This document shows, one piece after another, positions 1 through 12,145 of a stretch of DNA of 64,000 nucleotides. Under the pieces are notes generated by a model, which made no database searches, was not told the DNA's origin, and worked only from the letters and a program-made list of their open reading frames with translations. Each line of letters begins with the position of its first letter. Within the stretch, counting starts at the first letter, position 1. Location: NCBI RefSeq assembly GCF_006345805.1, contig NC_043009.1, forward strand, positions 62,186,001 through 62,250,000, written 5' to 3'. A program made the translations under genes and the position numbers. This stretch comes from Octopus sinensis. Taxonomy: Eukaryota.

Positions 1-60
1 TTAAAACTGTAATCTAAAACAGAGTCAACCTGACAATCGCTATCTATCCCATTCCGAATA

Positions 61-111
61 GTTTATATATATATATATATCTATTATTATATATATATCT
101 ATATATATATA

Positions 112-164
<53 letters not shown>

Positions 165-236
165 TATAATATATCTATAGATATATATGTTATATATATA
201 TAATATATATTATATATATATAATATATATATATAA
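61..236. repeat. (TA)n microsatellite
   Basis: Imperfect TA dinucleotide run. Confidence 0.95.
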
Positions 237-628
237 CAGTTACGATGTACTAACAGACAGTTACATTCTTAAATGTTAAACATTAAAATATTAAATATAG
301 AAAATTTATTGAATTATAAAAAGCTATGAATCCTGATGATTGGGGTTGCATGTTAAGACAGTTTTCTGAAAAAGACTGAGTGCTTAGGCAACGTTAAACG
401 CACCTCATGAAACATGTGTAGAAGAGAAATTTGGAACTGAAATAGTAAGTATTAAAATAAAATTCTATAATATGGTGTGATGTATATTAGGATTTGATGA
501 ATTGCATGGGGACTTCTATCTCTAAATAATACACACACACACACAACACACACACACACACACATGTAAATTAACAGAATGATATAAAAATCCATGGTTG
601 TGAAAGATTTCAGAACATTTATAAAGAG

Positions 629-675
629 GTCTACAGCTGTTTCCAGGATATCTTATAAATCCCTTCATCGGAGAC
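629..675 (-). ncRNA. Degenerate minimal type-I hammerhead ribozyme (ACAGCTGT family)
   Basis: Minus strand reads GTCT-CCGATGA-AGGGAT..ATCCTG-GAAAC-AGCT-GTAGAC. Core has U4>C and a 1-nt loss at the cleavage site. Surrounding 560-780 resembles 41170-41430. Confidence 0.5.
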
Positions 676-947
676 AGTGTGAGAAAACGGTTAAGCAATA
701 GTTATTCTAGATAAGATATGAAATAGAGAGTGAAGTGGAGGAATGAAAATAGACGTGAGATATGCAGGGATATTGTATCTGCAGTTCCATTATTTAGGCA
801 GAATGGTATACATACAGGATTCCTGTACCTTGTGAGTAAGTTCCAATAGTATTTAAAAGTGGTCATTCCAGGCATAGAGTTTGTAAACGTGTGTTATGAA
901 TCGGATTTTTTTCATATATAAAATAACATAACAGTTTATATATATAG

Positions 948-999
<52 letters not shown>

Positions 1000-1005
<6 letters not shown>

Positions 1006-1190
1006 CAAATTTACAGAAAAACAAAAGATGAAGACAGGCGCAGAAGCAGCAAACAAGTGTATTAGTTTAACACTTGGGCAGAATGGAATAGTCTTTTATG
1101 TCTCGAGCCTACGCTCTTCGACAGAAAGGATTAAGAGGCAAAAAAAAAAGGACGGAGAATGCCCACAAGCGATGTGAAAGCACAAACCAA
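1000..1190 (-). mobile_element. Short Penelope-associated/retrozyme-like element (family B) with degenerate hammerhead at 1091-1128
   Basis: Minus strand CTTT-CTGTCGA-A-GAGC-GTAG-GCTC-GAGAC-ATA-AAAG. Same element at ~23560, ~30340 and ~44830; abuts (TA)n. Confidence 0.55.
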
Positions 1191-2084
1191 AGTCATGTCC
1201 CTTGTTTTGAAGTTGTCTTAAACGATACGCTTGTTCTTTTGTCCGGTCAACTACTTTTTCACCCTCTTCTTAGTCTCTTAAAACTTGGATCGCCGGAGAC
1301 TACACCAGCAACTTCACCAAGCTTGCTTGGTTAGGGAGGGGATTACTGGACATCCTGCAGGGTAAAAAACAAAAACCTGTCAATGTAGGGAGAAACTGAT
1401 GTGAGTCAACGACCATCCAATAGCATGTACATATCTATGTTACAGTCAGGACTGATTTTTCTCGTTTCCCTGATTTTTCCTGCTACTGGCTACCAAGTAA
1501 CTCAATGCTACCTGCCACATGAGGACAGATGGAAGTTATCGACCTTGGTAGACAGTCCATCTAGGAGAAGGAAAACTCTGACTCTGAACTTCTGATGCCT
1601 TGCAGTAATACCCAGTCATGGGAAGGCTTCAAGCGTAACTCTCGAGGGAAAATCCGGAGTTGGAGCCCATAAGGCAGTTCATCGTTGATTACAACTTCGT
1701 CCTGGCAGCTCCCGTAAGAGGGCTTCTGTCAAACTGTGACAACCCTACTGTTCCTTTGGACCCAGCAGTGTTGTGAAGAGAGGGAATATGCTGCATAGGT
1801 ATCATTCTGTCTCCCTCAACACATCACCTAGGCTTGTATTCGACCACCACTATACATTACTCATCAACACATCCGCACTATCCACCCGGAGAGGACAATC
1901 CAGCTACGCCTACAACACGGGAAGTAGCAGTTAGCGGGGATAAGCCTTCAATCAATGACGTAAAGCAAGGCACCAGATGTTGTTCCTGAGAGTGGGAGAG
2001 ATTTTCGGATCTCATTGAACAGCAATCACTCGCTTAAAGCTGGGCAGGCTCCAGTCAGTAAAATACTGTCTCGTCAAAGTCTAC

Positions 2085-2319
2085 TCGAAATGTGGAGTAG
2101 ATAAACAGCCGACAACTGAAGAAGGGTCGTTCTTTATGTTTCTTGTCTTATTTTCCATTTGTTTTTTTCTCGCTGTTCGCAAAAAATGGTTTGTCTTCGT
2201 ATTTCATGGTATTTTTCGTATTTCGGATTTCAAGTTTTCGTATTCATGTTGTTTACGTTTTGTGACGTCCTGTACCCATATATTGCATGTCAGTATGTAC
2301 ATATATGTATGTGTATATG

Positions 2320-2370
<51 letters not shown>

Positions 2371-2385
2371 TTTTTTTATTTATAT

Positions 2386-2418
<33 letters not shown>

Positions 2419-3245
2419 ATATATATATTATTTATATTATATAAATGAATGCCACGCAATCCATTTCCAAATAAGTTTATCTTAATAATTTTGATGCGAC
2501 TCTCTTCTGTACGTATCTCTATCTCTATCTCTCTCTTCCTTTCTCTAATTCTTTTCTACTCTCTTTCTCTCCCATTCGTTTTCCCTCTCATTCTTTCTAT
2601 AATTCTTTTTTCTCCTCTTCACCGTTTTCTATCTGTCCCCATCTCTCTCCCTCTTCCTCCTTTACTCTCTCGTTGTTCACACGTGACCATCGTCCATCTT
2701 TTTCCACACGTTTTCATCTTTCTTTTCTTCCTGTCTGTTGCACAGACCAGACGTATTCTTGTCTGTCTCCTCTCCTATCTTTTCTCCTGTCAAAGAATGT
2801 TCCTCATCGTTCGCCACCTTACCCCGTCTGGCTTAGCAGTCCTCACTATCTATTTCACTGTCCTGTTTTTGTTACCAACTTTGACCCTCCGCAAAATTCA
2901 AAATTTTTATTTTGGTTTGCGGGAGCAAGAGTTTTCTCGAAGGTACATATTGTCGCGAATTACTCGAAATGAGGAGTAGATAAACAGCTGACGACTGATG
3001 AAGGGTTGTTCTTTTTGTTACTTGTCTTGATTTCCATTTATTTCTCTCGTTATTCGCAAAAAAGGTTTGCCTTCGTATTTCATGCTGTTTTTCCTATTTC
3101 GGATTTCATGTTTTCGCATTTCATATTGTTTACATTTTGTGATGTCCTGTACCCATATATGCATATATATACATGTATATATATATATAACTATATATAT
3201 ATATATGTATGTGTATATGCCTATATATATATATATAATATATAA
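2085..3245 (+). repeat. Two diverged ~250-bp direct repeats (2085-2330, 2961-3225), each ending in (TA)n; pseudo-LTR-like arrangement
   Basis: Both begin TACTCGAAATG-GGAGTAGATAAACAG and run to GTGTATATGCCTATATAT. Confidence 0.6.
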
Positions 3246-3297
3246 TATATATAATATATATATATATATATACACACACATACATATATATATATAT

Positions 3298-3515
3298 AGT
3301 TGCAAACCGAACGACTTGTCCTTGTTAACCTTTGCTCCTGCCACCGCCTCGTTGTTTTTGACGATAGAGATGTCATCCGCATACGCCGTAACTCCTCTTC
3401 CACACCATGGATCATGCGGCGCGTCCCCTAGTGCCTCCATCTTCGGCAGCAATGGCTCTAGAGCCAATACATACAAAAGCGGGGGCAGGGGACACCCTGA
3501 CGCACTGAATGCTCA
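3298..3515 (-). pseudogene. Tx1/L1-clade reverse transcriptase fragment
   Basis: Minus translation HSVRQGCPLPPLLYVLALEPLL ... GVTAYADDISI (RQG and YADD motifs) ... AGAKVNKDKS; ends at (TA)n. Confidence 0.85.
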
Positions 3516-4177
3516 ATCACTGAATGTTCAATCACTTTAACACAAAACGGAAGCGGAAGTGAGTCACTTGGTAAGCAAGCTACTTACCACACAGCCACTC
3601 CTATATAATTAATAAAAGTTAACTCTACTCCACTTTCTTAAAATTTCCTGGGAGTACAACTTGTCTACATCCTGAGACCGTACAGAACGAGAGTGAATAG
3701 AATTTTAAAGAAATTCTTTTCACTCTGGGCTATAGCTTAAGATATTTGAACCTTCGTTGGCCAATTCAGGTCACGTGCACATTGCAATCAGGTGACAAAA
3801 TGATTGTTTCATGGTTGACTTCACGCTGTAGAAAAGATAGGATGTTGATGTCAGGTAATTAGCCCATTGTAGATTTGATCTTTCAGCAATGTCAGTGGCA
3901 GGTTTTGATGGTCAAGTTACATATAAGACTGCATTCCAAGCAGGGCTGAGTGATGTGAATATAGCCAGGTGTTCAAACCGGCAAAAATCGGCCAAAATTA
4001 ATTCCCCTTTATTTGTTCAAACCGGCCAAATCCGGCTGTATCCGACTGCTCTACGAAATCGCTAAAAAATTAATCGAATCATGTTATTAAATGTTCGTAG
4101 CTTTGAGATGATGCGAGATGAAGCCTTTCCCGCCTCTATTTAAGTATAAATACTGTGAAATTGTTTAGACCACATGG

Positions 4178-5787
4178 TTGTTTCAACGTTTGGAGAGAAG
4201 TCTGTACCTTAGTTTTACTCTTGACGATATAGAAAATATAAACGAAAGCAAGAGTATTTTGTCTGCGGACGAATCTGATATCGATATGAGTGAATATTCG
4301 TCGGACGAGGAAAATTTTGAGAACGAAAGTGGTAAAAATGAAAGTGATGAAAATGATATCGTAAACATGGCAACATGTTCAAAGATTACAACATCAATCA
4401 CTATTCCTGATTTCACAGAAAATACTGGTCCGCAACACAATTTACCTCCTGATGCTCAACCATTGGACCAGCTATTTTTATTTTTATTTTTATTCAGAAA
4501 GTTTTTTTGAAACTGTTATGGAGGAAACAAACAAATATGCTCAACGTATAATTTCTATTCGCGGAAGAAACGATCCGCTATGGCAGCCAATTGGTGTTAA
4601 ACAGTTTCCGCGACTGTGGAACTACTGGAGTCTTGATATAAGGTATGGCGATCCGTATATCGCAAGTATAATGTCGAAGACGAGGTATTCGAAAATATCT
4701 CAGTATTTACATTTAATTTATTCTGCTAATGCCCCCAGCAAAAACGACCAAAACTACGATCCCCTGTACAAAGTACGTCCTGAAATTGATTTACTCTTTA
4801 ACAGTTATAAAACTTTGTATCTACCTGGGAAAAATCTCAGTGTAGATGAAGCCATGATAGGCTATAAGGGTAGAGTACATTTTCGGCCGGCGGTACGTGC
4901 CTGCCAAACCCACTAAATGGGGGATCAAGGTATGGGAATTTTGTCAATCAGACACTGGATATTGTGTAAACTTCGATGTTTACACAGGTAAAAAATATAA
5001 TAGAAACAGACCATATGGATTGGGACATGATGTAATATGGTCTCTTACGGAATCATTTCACCACCAGCACCGACACCTCTATTTTGACTGGGTTTTTTTC
5101 TTCAGTGGCTTTGGCAGAAAATCTTGTCCGTGTAAGTACTTACACGTGCAGTACTGTTACGGGCAACCGTGAAAAAAAAATTTTTAAATGTGGGGACATT
5201 TTACAAATGCAAAAGGAAAATTTATCAGCTACTGCTTTCAAAGACGAAAGACAGATTTTATTTCTGTCTACTAATGAACAACCTGCTGTTGGTTCTGAGG
5301 GGAAACCCTGAGTGAATATTTGTTATAACAAATATATGGTTGGGGGTTGATAAATGTGACCAATATTGGACAATTTACCCAGTTGGTCGACCTGGGAAGA
5401 AATGGTGGAGGTATATTTTGTAGTTTTTAGTTAATTTAACTATAGTTAATTCATATATTGTATATGTAAAAAACCACTAGGTACCTCCACCACCAAAGGG
5501 CTATGACCATTTAAAATTTCGGGTTGACATCGCATCTCAGTTACGTGAGGGCTTTTCTCCTAGAAAGCACAGAACTGGGAGAAAAGCAAAATTAACTGAG
5601 GTGGATGTCAACAGAGAAAATATTGACTTTCATAAAAGTCGAAAAGATAAATAGACGAAAAAAAGTTTGCAGACTGTGTTCGCTGCAAAAAAGAAAAAAC
5701 TGCAAAAGGGTATCAAATTGAGACTGCGTATACGAGCCCTTGTGTAAAGGGTGCTTTGGGCAGTTTCATGACAGAAATATATCATAA
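4178..5787 (+). pseudogene. piggyBac-like (DDE_Tnp_1_7/PGBD-type) transposase, frameshifted
   Basis: Acidic N-terminus, then YSKISQYLH, LSVDEAMIGYKGR, MPAKPTKWGIKVW..TGY, HLYFD, KKWWRY and a C-terminal Cys cluster, spread over several frames. Element termini not found. Confidence 0.9.
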
Positions 5788-6013
5788 CTATATTGTTTTG
5801 TAACTATATTATTTTATCATATATTCCTTTTCATTTTATTATAAATAATATGTGAAAGGGAGAAATACATATCAATTTTCAGTATGTTACACACCTGTCT
5901 TCACCTTTGTCTCACCTGTTAATGAACTTTTTTTTTATTAGATGCATTCTGTTACGTAAATGATTTCATTAAATTGTATAAAAGTACGTAGCCAATGGTA
6001 TATTGCCTAGTAA

Positions 6014-6243
6014 GGCGGCGAGCTGGCAGAATCGTTAGCACGCTGGGAGAAATGCTTAGCGGTATTTCGTCTGCCGTTACGTTCTGAGCTCAAATTCTGC
6101 CGAGGTCGACTTTGCCTTTCATCCTTTCGGGGTCGATAAATTAAATACCAGTTACGCACTGGGTCGATATAATCGACTTTATCCGTTTGTCTGTCCTTGT
6201 TCGTCCTCTCTGTGTTTAGCCCCTTGTGGGTAGTAAAGAAATA
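6014..6243 (+). mobile_element. tRNA-derived SINE, family S1 (octopus OK-like), with 17-bp TSD
   Basis: GGCGGCGAGCTGGCAGAATCGTTAGC...GTCGACTTTGCCTTTCATCC...GTAAAGAAATA, flanked by GGTATATTGCCTAGTAA at 5997-6013 and 6244-6260. Confidence 0.9.
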
Positions 6244-7708
6244 GGTATATTGCCTAGTAAAAGAATTTTGTACTTTATTTTCAATGAAAATATCTGAATG
6301 AAATATAGAGAAAGAATAAAATCTTGTACCGATTACACCTGTATTTTAATTAATTCAAATTAATGTACCTCATCTTTAAAAATGCTAAATTGGTGGTGGT
6401 TAACATCTGGGATAATTTTAGTAACAAATCAAACAGGTATGATGTATTATGAATATGAATTTTAGTGTTTATTCATAATGATATTGTTTTTACCTCTGTT
6501 AATTAATTTTTACCTGCCCATAAAAGCAAAATTTAATCAGAAAGATCAGCTAAAATTACGTAACTATAATCCACTGGCATATAAGCACCAATTTACAAAA
6601 TTTCAAATCTGTATGTAGAAAATTAACAAAGTTACAAGCAAATATTGTGAAAACCCCACTTGAACCTGAATAAATCAAAATTGATGTGAACAGACAAGCA
6701 TTACATTTGACAAATTAATCTGAACACTAGTACACTGTAGAGATAATAATCCCATGCATGCAGACGGAGATTATACACTATGTACTTGTTCGTGGGCTAG
6801 CTATGGTTACATTGGTATTTCTGGATTCCTAGTGGCCAGTAACTTGACGAGTTTATTTTTCTTTGACAGTATATGCAGTTTCTTGTGAAAGCAGACTCGA
6901 CAAGTACAGATTGTAGTCGAGTTAAGGGAAACCTTGTCAAAAAATACCCCATGTATTGTTGGGAAAGTCGTTTCCTTTTTCCTGGAGTCTCCAGATGAAG
7001 CAGGACAAGAAAGTGATGGTTCTTGCATGTCCCCAAATCTGAAAGAATGCATACGTGGCATAAATCGTGCCTTGAAATCATTGACTGTTATATTTATATA
7101 GTGTCTCGAGATGTCATCAGTTGGTGTGAAGGTGGTTTTATAGACAACAACCTTTGAAAAACACAACCCTCTTAGAGGTGTGTTGGCAGGATTTTGACTG
7201 TTATATGCCGGGAAGTGGGATAAAATCTGTGTACGTGCACGTTTTGCTTCCATTGTGGCATGGAATATTGGAAGCAATTCTTATCAAAACATGAGTAACT
7301 ACATTAACATTATGAGAATTAAAGAGTTCACAATACTTGTAGGTTCTTGGAGAATAGTACCTGATTAGCGATAGGAAACTCCTAGCTATGCTAGTGGAAA
7401 TATCCAGGCTGGATAGTAAATACCAGATTGCCTTGCTTTTTCTATTTGTGTTCGGATTTGGATTTGAGTAGGAGATCTTATATTCTTAACTTGTCAAAAA
7501 AGTAACCTTTTTTTTAGTGCTTTGTTAGAATGGCAGTGCATCCTTGATGAAGCTCTTTTCTGTTCTCCAATAGCTTAGAAATTCTGCTGCTGTTGGTTGT
7601 GACCAAGTTCCTCAGGACAGTTGGGATATTGGTGGAGCCTCTATGGATATTGGCAATTTTCCTCTGGGGCTTTCTATGGGAGTTTTACTTTCCTATCTTG
7701 AGTTTTCA

Positions 7709-7751
<43 letters not shown>

Positions 7752-8386
7752 CACACACACACACACACACACAAACACACACATACACATATATATACAC
7801 GGGGTAAATGGAACTGAATGGTACAAAAAGAAAACATAACGTCAATGGTTTTAATGTATACTCGTATATTGCAAAAATATAGATGCGATATAAAATATTA
7901 AATCTCCACGTTTTATTAAGTTACAGTTGATTAAAGTGGGACCGTGCCCTTTCCACACCTGTGCCTACATAACCTAATCAATTATGTGTATTTTTGCACC
8001 ATTCAATTTGAATTACCCTGCATATATGCATACATGCATGTGTAGAGAAGAGAGATGATGAGAGTGAGGGTGATAAAATGGCTTTTAATCGCGTTGACTT
8101 TGTAGTACAATGGAAATCAAATAACAAAAACAAAAACCAATGCTGGTCTTCGCAAGAAATGGTGAAAAAATGGTTTAGAATTTAGGGAAACAAAGAATGA
8201 TATTAGTTGTCTTGTTTTGTTCACCATGCTTTATTTAAAAAAATTAGAATAAGAAAAATTTAATGTTAGGAATAAGAAAGATTTAAAGTTAGAAATAATA
8301 AAAAATTAATGTTAGGAAAAAGAAAAATTTAAAGTTAGATTATAATATGGATTTTCTATAGCGTAATATAGATATTTTCCATCTAG

Positions 8387-9002
8387 TTTGGATTATTTGC
8401 TATCAAATTTGAATTCTTTGCAATCAAATTTGAATTTTTCCATTGGTGCTCAAGCCTTGAAAAAAGAAAAGAGTTAAACTACATCAGCCGTTAGGGAATA
8501 CATGTCTATCTTATCTAACTCGTCCTGTAGAGTCCACCAATTGATATCTGAAAAGTTTGATGTAATAACTCATGAACACTGCGATAGCTTCTACCAAATG
8601 ATGCTCCATTACGTCGACCGACCTGAACAAGGGGAGATAATAAACGAATGATTCTTTTTCTATTATCTTCCCTTGTCCAGACTGGTCGACGTAATGGAGC
8701 ATCATTTGGTAGAAGCTATCGCAGTGTTCATGAGTTATGACATCGAACTTTTCAGATATCAATTGGTGGACTCTACAGGACGAGTTAGATAAGATAGACA
8801 TGTATTCCCTAACGGCTGATGTAGTTTAACTCTTTTCTTTTTTCAAGGCTTGAGCACCAATGGAAAAATTCAAATTTGATTGCAAAGAATACAAATTTGA
8901 TTACAAAGTATTCAAATTTGATTGCAAAGAATACAAATTTGATTACAAAGTATTCAAATTTGATTGCAAAGAATTCAAATTTGATGGCAAAGAATCCAAA
9001 TT
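8387..9002. repeat. Long foldback palindrome with 21-bp subterminal tandem repeats (MITE/foldback-like)
   Basis: Arm 8387-8619 is the near-perfect reverse complement of 8684-9002, with a 64-bp spacer. Unit CAAATTTGATTGCAAAGAATT occurs ~2x in the left arm and ~6x in the right arm. Confidence 0.92.
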
Positions 9003-9025
9003 GTGAAATAATGATCACTTTATAA

Positions 9026-9840
9026 TTATTCCGCGTCGCTGGGAGCTACGTCAACAGTCCGTTTTTCCTCTTGACTTATCAATATTCCTCTGGAAAATAT
9101 ATAAACCTCATCATAATATTGACTGTTGCCGTCTTCGAATTGTTGTAAGTGAGCTTGCGGTCGAATCTCCACCAAGTCTGCACATTCACTATACGCTTCA
9201 AACAGCTGTCTGAATGAGATAATTTCATATGCAAACACTTCCTTACGGTTAGATTTCTTTCTAACAATCACAGGAGCTCCCCATCCAGGGCGTGTCGGTC
9301 TCAATCGTAAAATAGTTTTCACTATAAACTTTTTGTTTGATTTTCCCTTTCTATTTGTTACATCTATTTTAGCGGAATCTCTTTCATTCAATTTAAACTC
9401 GATGGTATCCGACCATGAGGTTGTCGTATCTATCTTGCTTTCACTGCCACTTTGGTGTTCGCCACCGGCATTGAACTCTAATCCTGCTACATTTATCGAT
9501 ACTTTTCCTCCAATACTGTAATTATTTTGTAATTTTATCAACTGAGACTCAGTTTGCGAACCCTGGGCGTTGAATGTATGACTCTGAGGTCCGGTTCTCT
9601 TGCACGTGTATATGGTTGAGTAATGAGTGTGGGATTCTATTGGCTCTTCTTGCGGGGCATCTTCAAATTTAAAAACATCCTTGAAGCTAAAGTAACTCCA
9701 CCGAATTTCAATATCATAGGCATTTCGGTTATAGAAAAATCTAAGAAGCGTAAAACGACTATCCAGAAACTTTTCCCAAACAAAATCTTCAATTAACTTC
9801 TGTATATCAATTTCCACTGTAAATTTTGGGTCTGCTTTTC
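9026..9840 (-). CDS. Terminal exon of an aerolysin/ETX-MTX2-like beta-pore-forming protein (LIN-24-like invertebrate type)
   Basis: Uninterrupted non-repetitive ~270 codons. Splice acceptor GTGTTTTTCTGTTTCACAG|G at 9841/9840 (phase 1). N-terminal DIQKLIEDFVWEKF..DIEIRWSYFSF, then Ser/Thr-rich strands flanking the alternating-hydrophobic hairpin YSIGGKVSINVAGLEFNAGGE and TTTSW. Family call is from motif pattern, not a search. Confidence 0.75.
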
Positions 9841-9884
9841 CTGTGAAACAGAAAAACACAAATCAATAACTATATATCACATTA

Positions 9885-10119
9885 TCACATACATACATAC
9901 GTACATACATAGACCGACAGATATGTAAACAGACATCCAGAGATACGGAGATAGACAGTTAGACAGATGGATTGACAGACAAACAGACAGATAGAGAGAC
10001 AGACAAACAGACAATTAGACACAAACACACTGACAGATATACAAAGAGGTAGGTAGGTAGGTAGGTAGGTAGGTAGGTAGTAGGTAGGTAGGTAGGTAGG
10101 TAGGTAGATAGATAGATAA

Positions 10120-10180
<61 letters not shown>

Positions 10181-10182
10181 TA
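9885..10182. repeat. Compound (GACA)/(GGTA)n/(GATA)n microsatellite
   Basis: Visible tetranucleotide runs. Confidence 0.9.
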
Positions 10183-12145
10183 TGTTTCTTTATTAGCCAC
10201 ACAGAGCTGGACACAGACGGGACAAATCACAAAGTAGAGCTTTTCTTTTTGGGGAGAAAAAAGAAGTGGTGTAGGTTTTCGATCAAAAGGGATCGTAGAA
10301 AGGAAAAAAAAAGAAAAGAAAAAAGAAAATAAACAATAAAATAAAAAAGAAAAGAAAAACGATCAATAGGGATCACGTATCACAGAAATGTCATGATGTA
10401 AAGTGTAAAGGGGAAGCAGATAAGGTTTATCCATGGAAAAAAAGCCTACGGAAAAGACCATGGTAACCTCGGTCAATAATGTCACATGTTAACAGTTATT
10501 TGCAAGTAAGTAACTTCGTTTTAAATTTTTCTGGGTTCATATGCTTATCCCGAACGGGTAGCGCTTCTCTTGATCCACGATTGTATTTCGGTCATGGAGA
10601 CGAGTTGCAGGAAAGCGTGCCTCACAAACGGCTACCACACCTGTTCACCGTCGTCTACGTAGAGCCGGAGATGTCGCAGTCTCAGCGCGTGTCTGCGCAT
10701 CATCAACCACGGCATGCCCAGCCCTCCTTTTAACGGGTGTTGACAGCAAATGGATCGCATGACCATCAGGACTCATCCTTTTCACAAGAAGCGGAAGAGA
10801 ATGCGTTCTAGTTTGGTGATGGTAGGGTCGGGACACGGCACGACGGCCAGGCGGTAGTAGATGACGGACGCGATGTACGTGTTCGCCACCTCCACCCGAC
10901 CTTTTTGGGACAGTTTTCTCTCGGCCCATTGCCGGGCGAGAGTGACCACCCTACTCGTTATCTCGTTCCAGTTCTTCATTTGGAGGTCCGTACCAAACGG
11001 AGGCGCTGGTGGATGGCATGGGCTTGCTTCTCCAGGTACCGAGCCGCAATCCCACTGACTTTTCCCGGTTGATTTTCGCTCCTGTCACCGCTTCGTAGTC
11101 TTCAGTGTCTCGCCGACCAGCTCGATGTGCTCGTGGCTAGACACAATGACGCTTCCGTTTTGCTGCCAGTTGCAGTACACCGCTGCCAAGACATCTCCAA
11201 ACAAGTCTGGCATACAACAGTAAAGCTCGTAGGGTAGACCATCCAAACCCGGCGATTTGTCCCTTAAGCATTCTGCTATCGCGTCCCGCACTTCCGCCGC
11301 CGTGATGGCACCTTCGCTGCACCCTACCTCTCTTGTCGAGAGTCGTGGCAGGCTGTGTAGGTAGGCACTGAAGTCCACCCTACGTTCTTGCCCGCCACTC
11401 GTCCCGAGCAGTCGGGCAAAATGCTGTTGAAAGGCCTCACACATTTTACTTGGCTCGAGTAATTCGCGCCCCTGTTCATCTACCAGAGACCGAATGGTGG
11501 CTTTGTTGCCCTGTTGCATATCTGCCACCCGGGCAGGGCCTCTCTCGCGGCTCCAACACCTTCGTTCCTTAGAGCACGCATCCTAGCTCTGACAACACAC
11601 CCTTCGTGTTTGGCGTTGAAACGTTGGTCGAGGGCCAACCTCGCCGCCAAAACGTCGAATGCGATGCCGCTTCTAATTGCCTCTTCTAGCTTTTAACTAG
11701 CTCACCTTCTACTCTGTTTCTATCTATGGCTAGTGCTTTGCTATACCTAATCGCTTTTGCTTTTATAGCTCTCTTGTGGGCTAACCACCATTTGTTGTTG
11801 ATGATAGCTCCCATCAAAGCCCTCTTTACTAGTGTGCAAATCCGGTCTCTGAAAACCTGTCTCGATGGGAAAGACGCGTTTAGTTTACAGTGCCCAGGAC
11901 CCTGCCTATGTGTCTTACCTAAGTCTAGCGTACATGTCACAAGTTTGTGATCTGTGTAGCTGACTCTGTGGAATTGTGGACATCCTACGCTATCTCTATG
12001 TACTGTCCTGCACAGTATCCTATCTAGATACGATCTCGGTCGCTCTATGTCCACGTTGGCGCATTCGAGTGGTCGAGTCGGTACCTGTCACACAGTTGAA
12101 AGCGTCTGAGCAGGTCTCTGAGGCATTTGCATCCCCGTCTATTCC
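10183..12145 (-). mobile_element. Tx1/L1-clade non-LTR retrotransposon, 5'-truncated and internally deleted
   Basis: APE endonuclease end (SYLDRIL..YTDHKLV..GHCKLNASF), RT start (DKSPGLDGLPYELY), C-terminus (ERKLSQKGRVEVANTYIASVIYY). 3' UTR ends with AATAAA then a (TCTG/TCTA)n tail. Confidence 0.88.

Noticed and set aside
1340-2000. Possible RTE-type LINE 5' region
   Set aside because: It looks repeat-like, but I found no translatable motif to support an assignment.
8809-9018. ORF with FFAIKFE heptad repeats
   Set aside because: It is the 21-bp subrepeat of the foldback element, downstream of the real stop codon.
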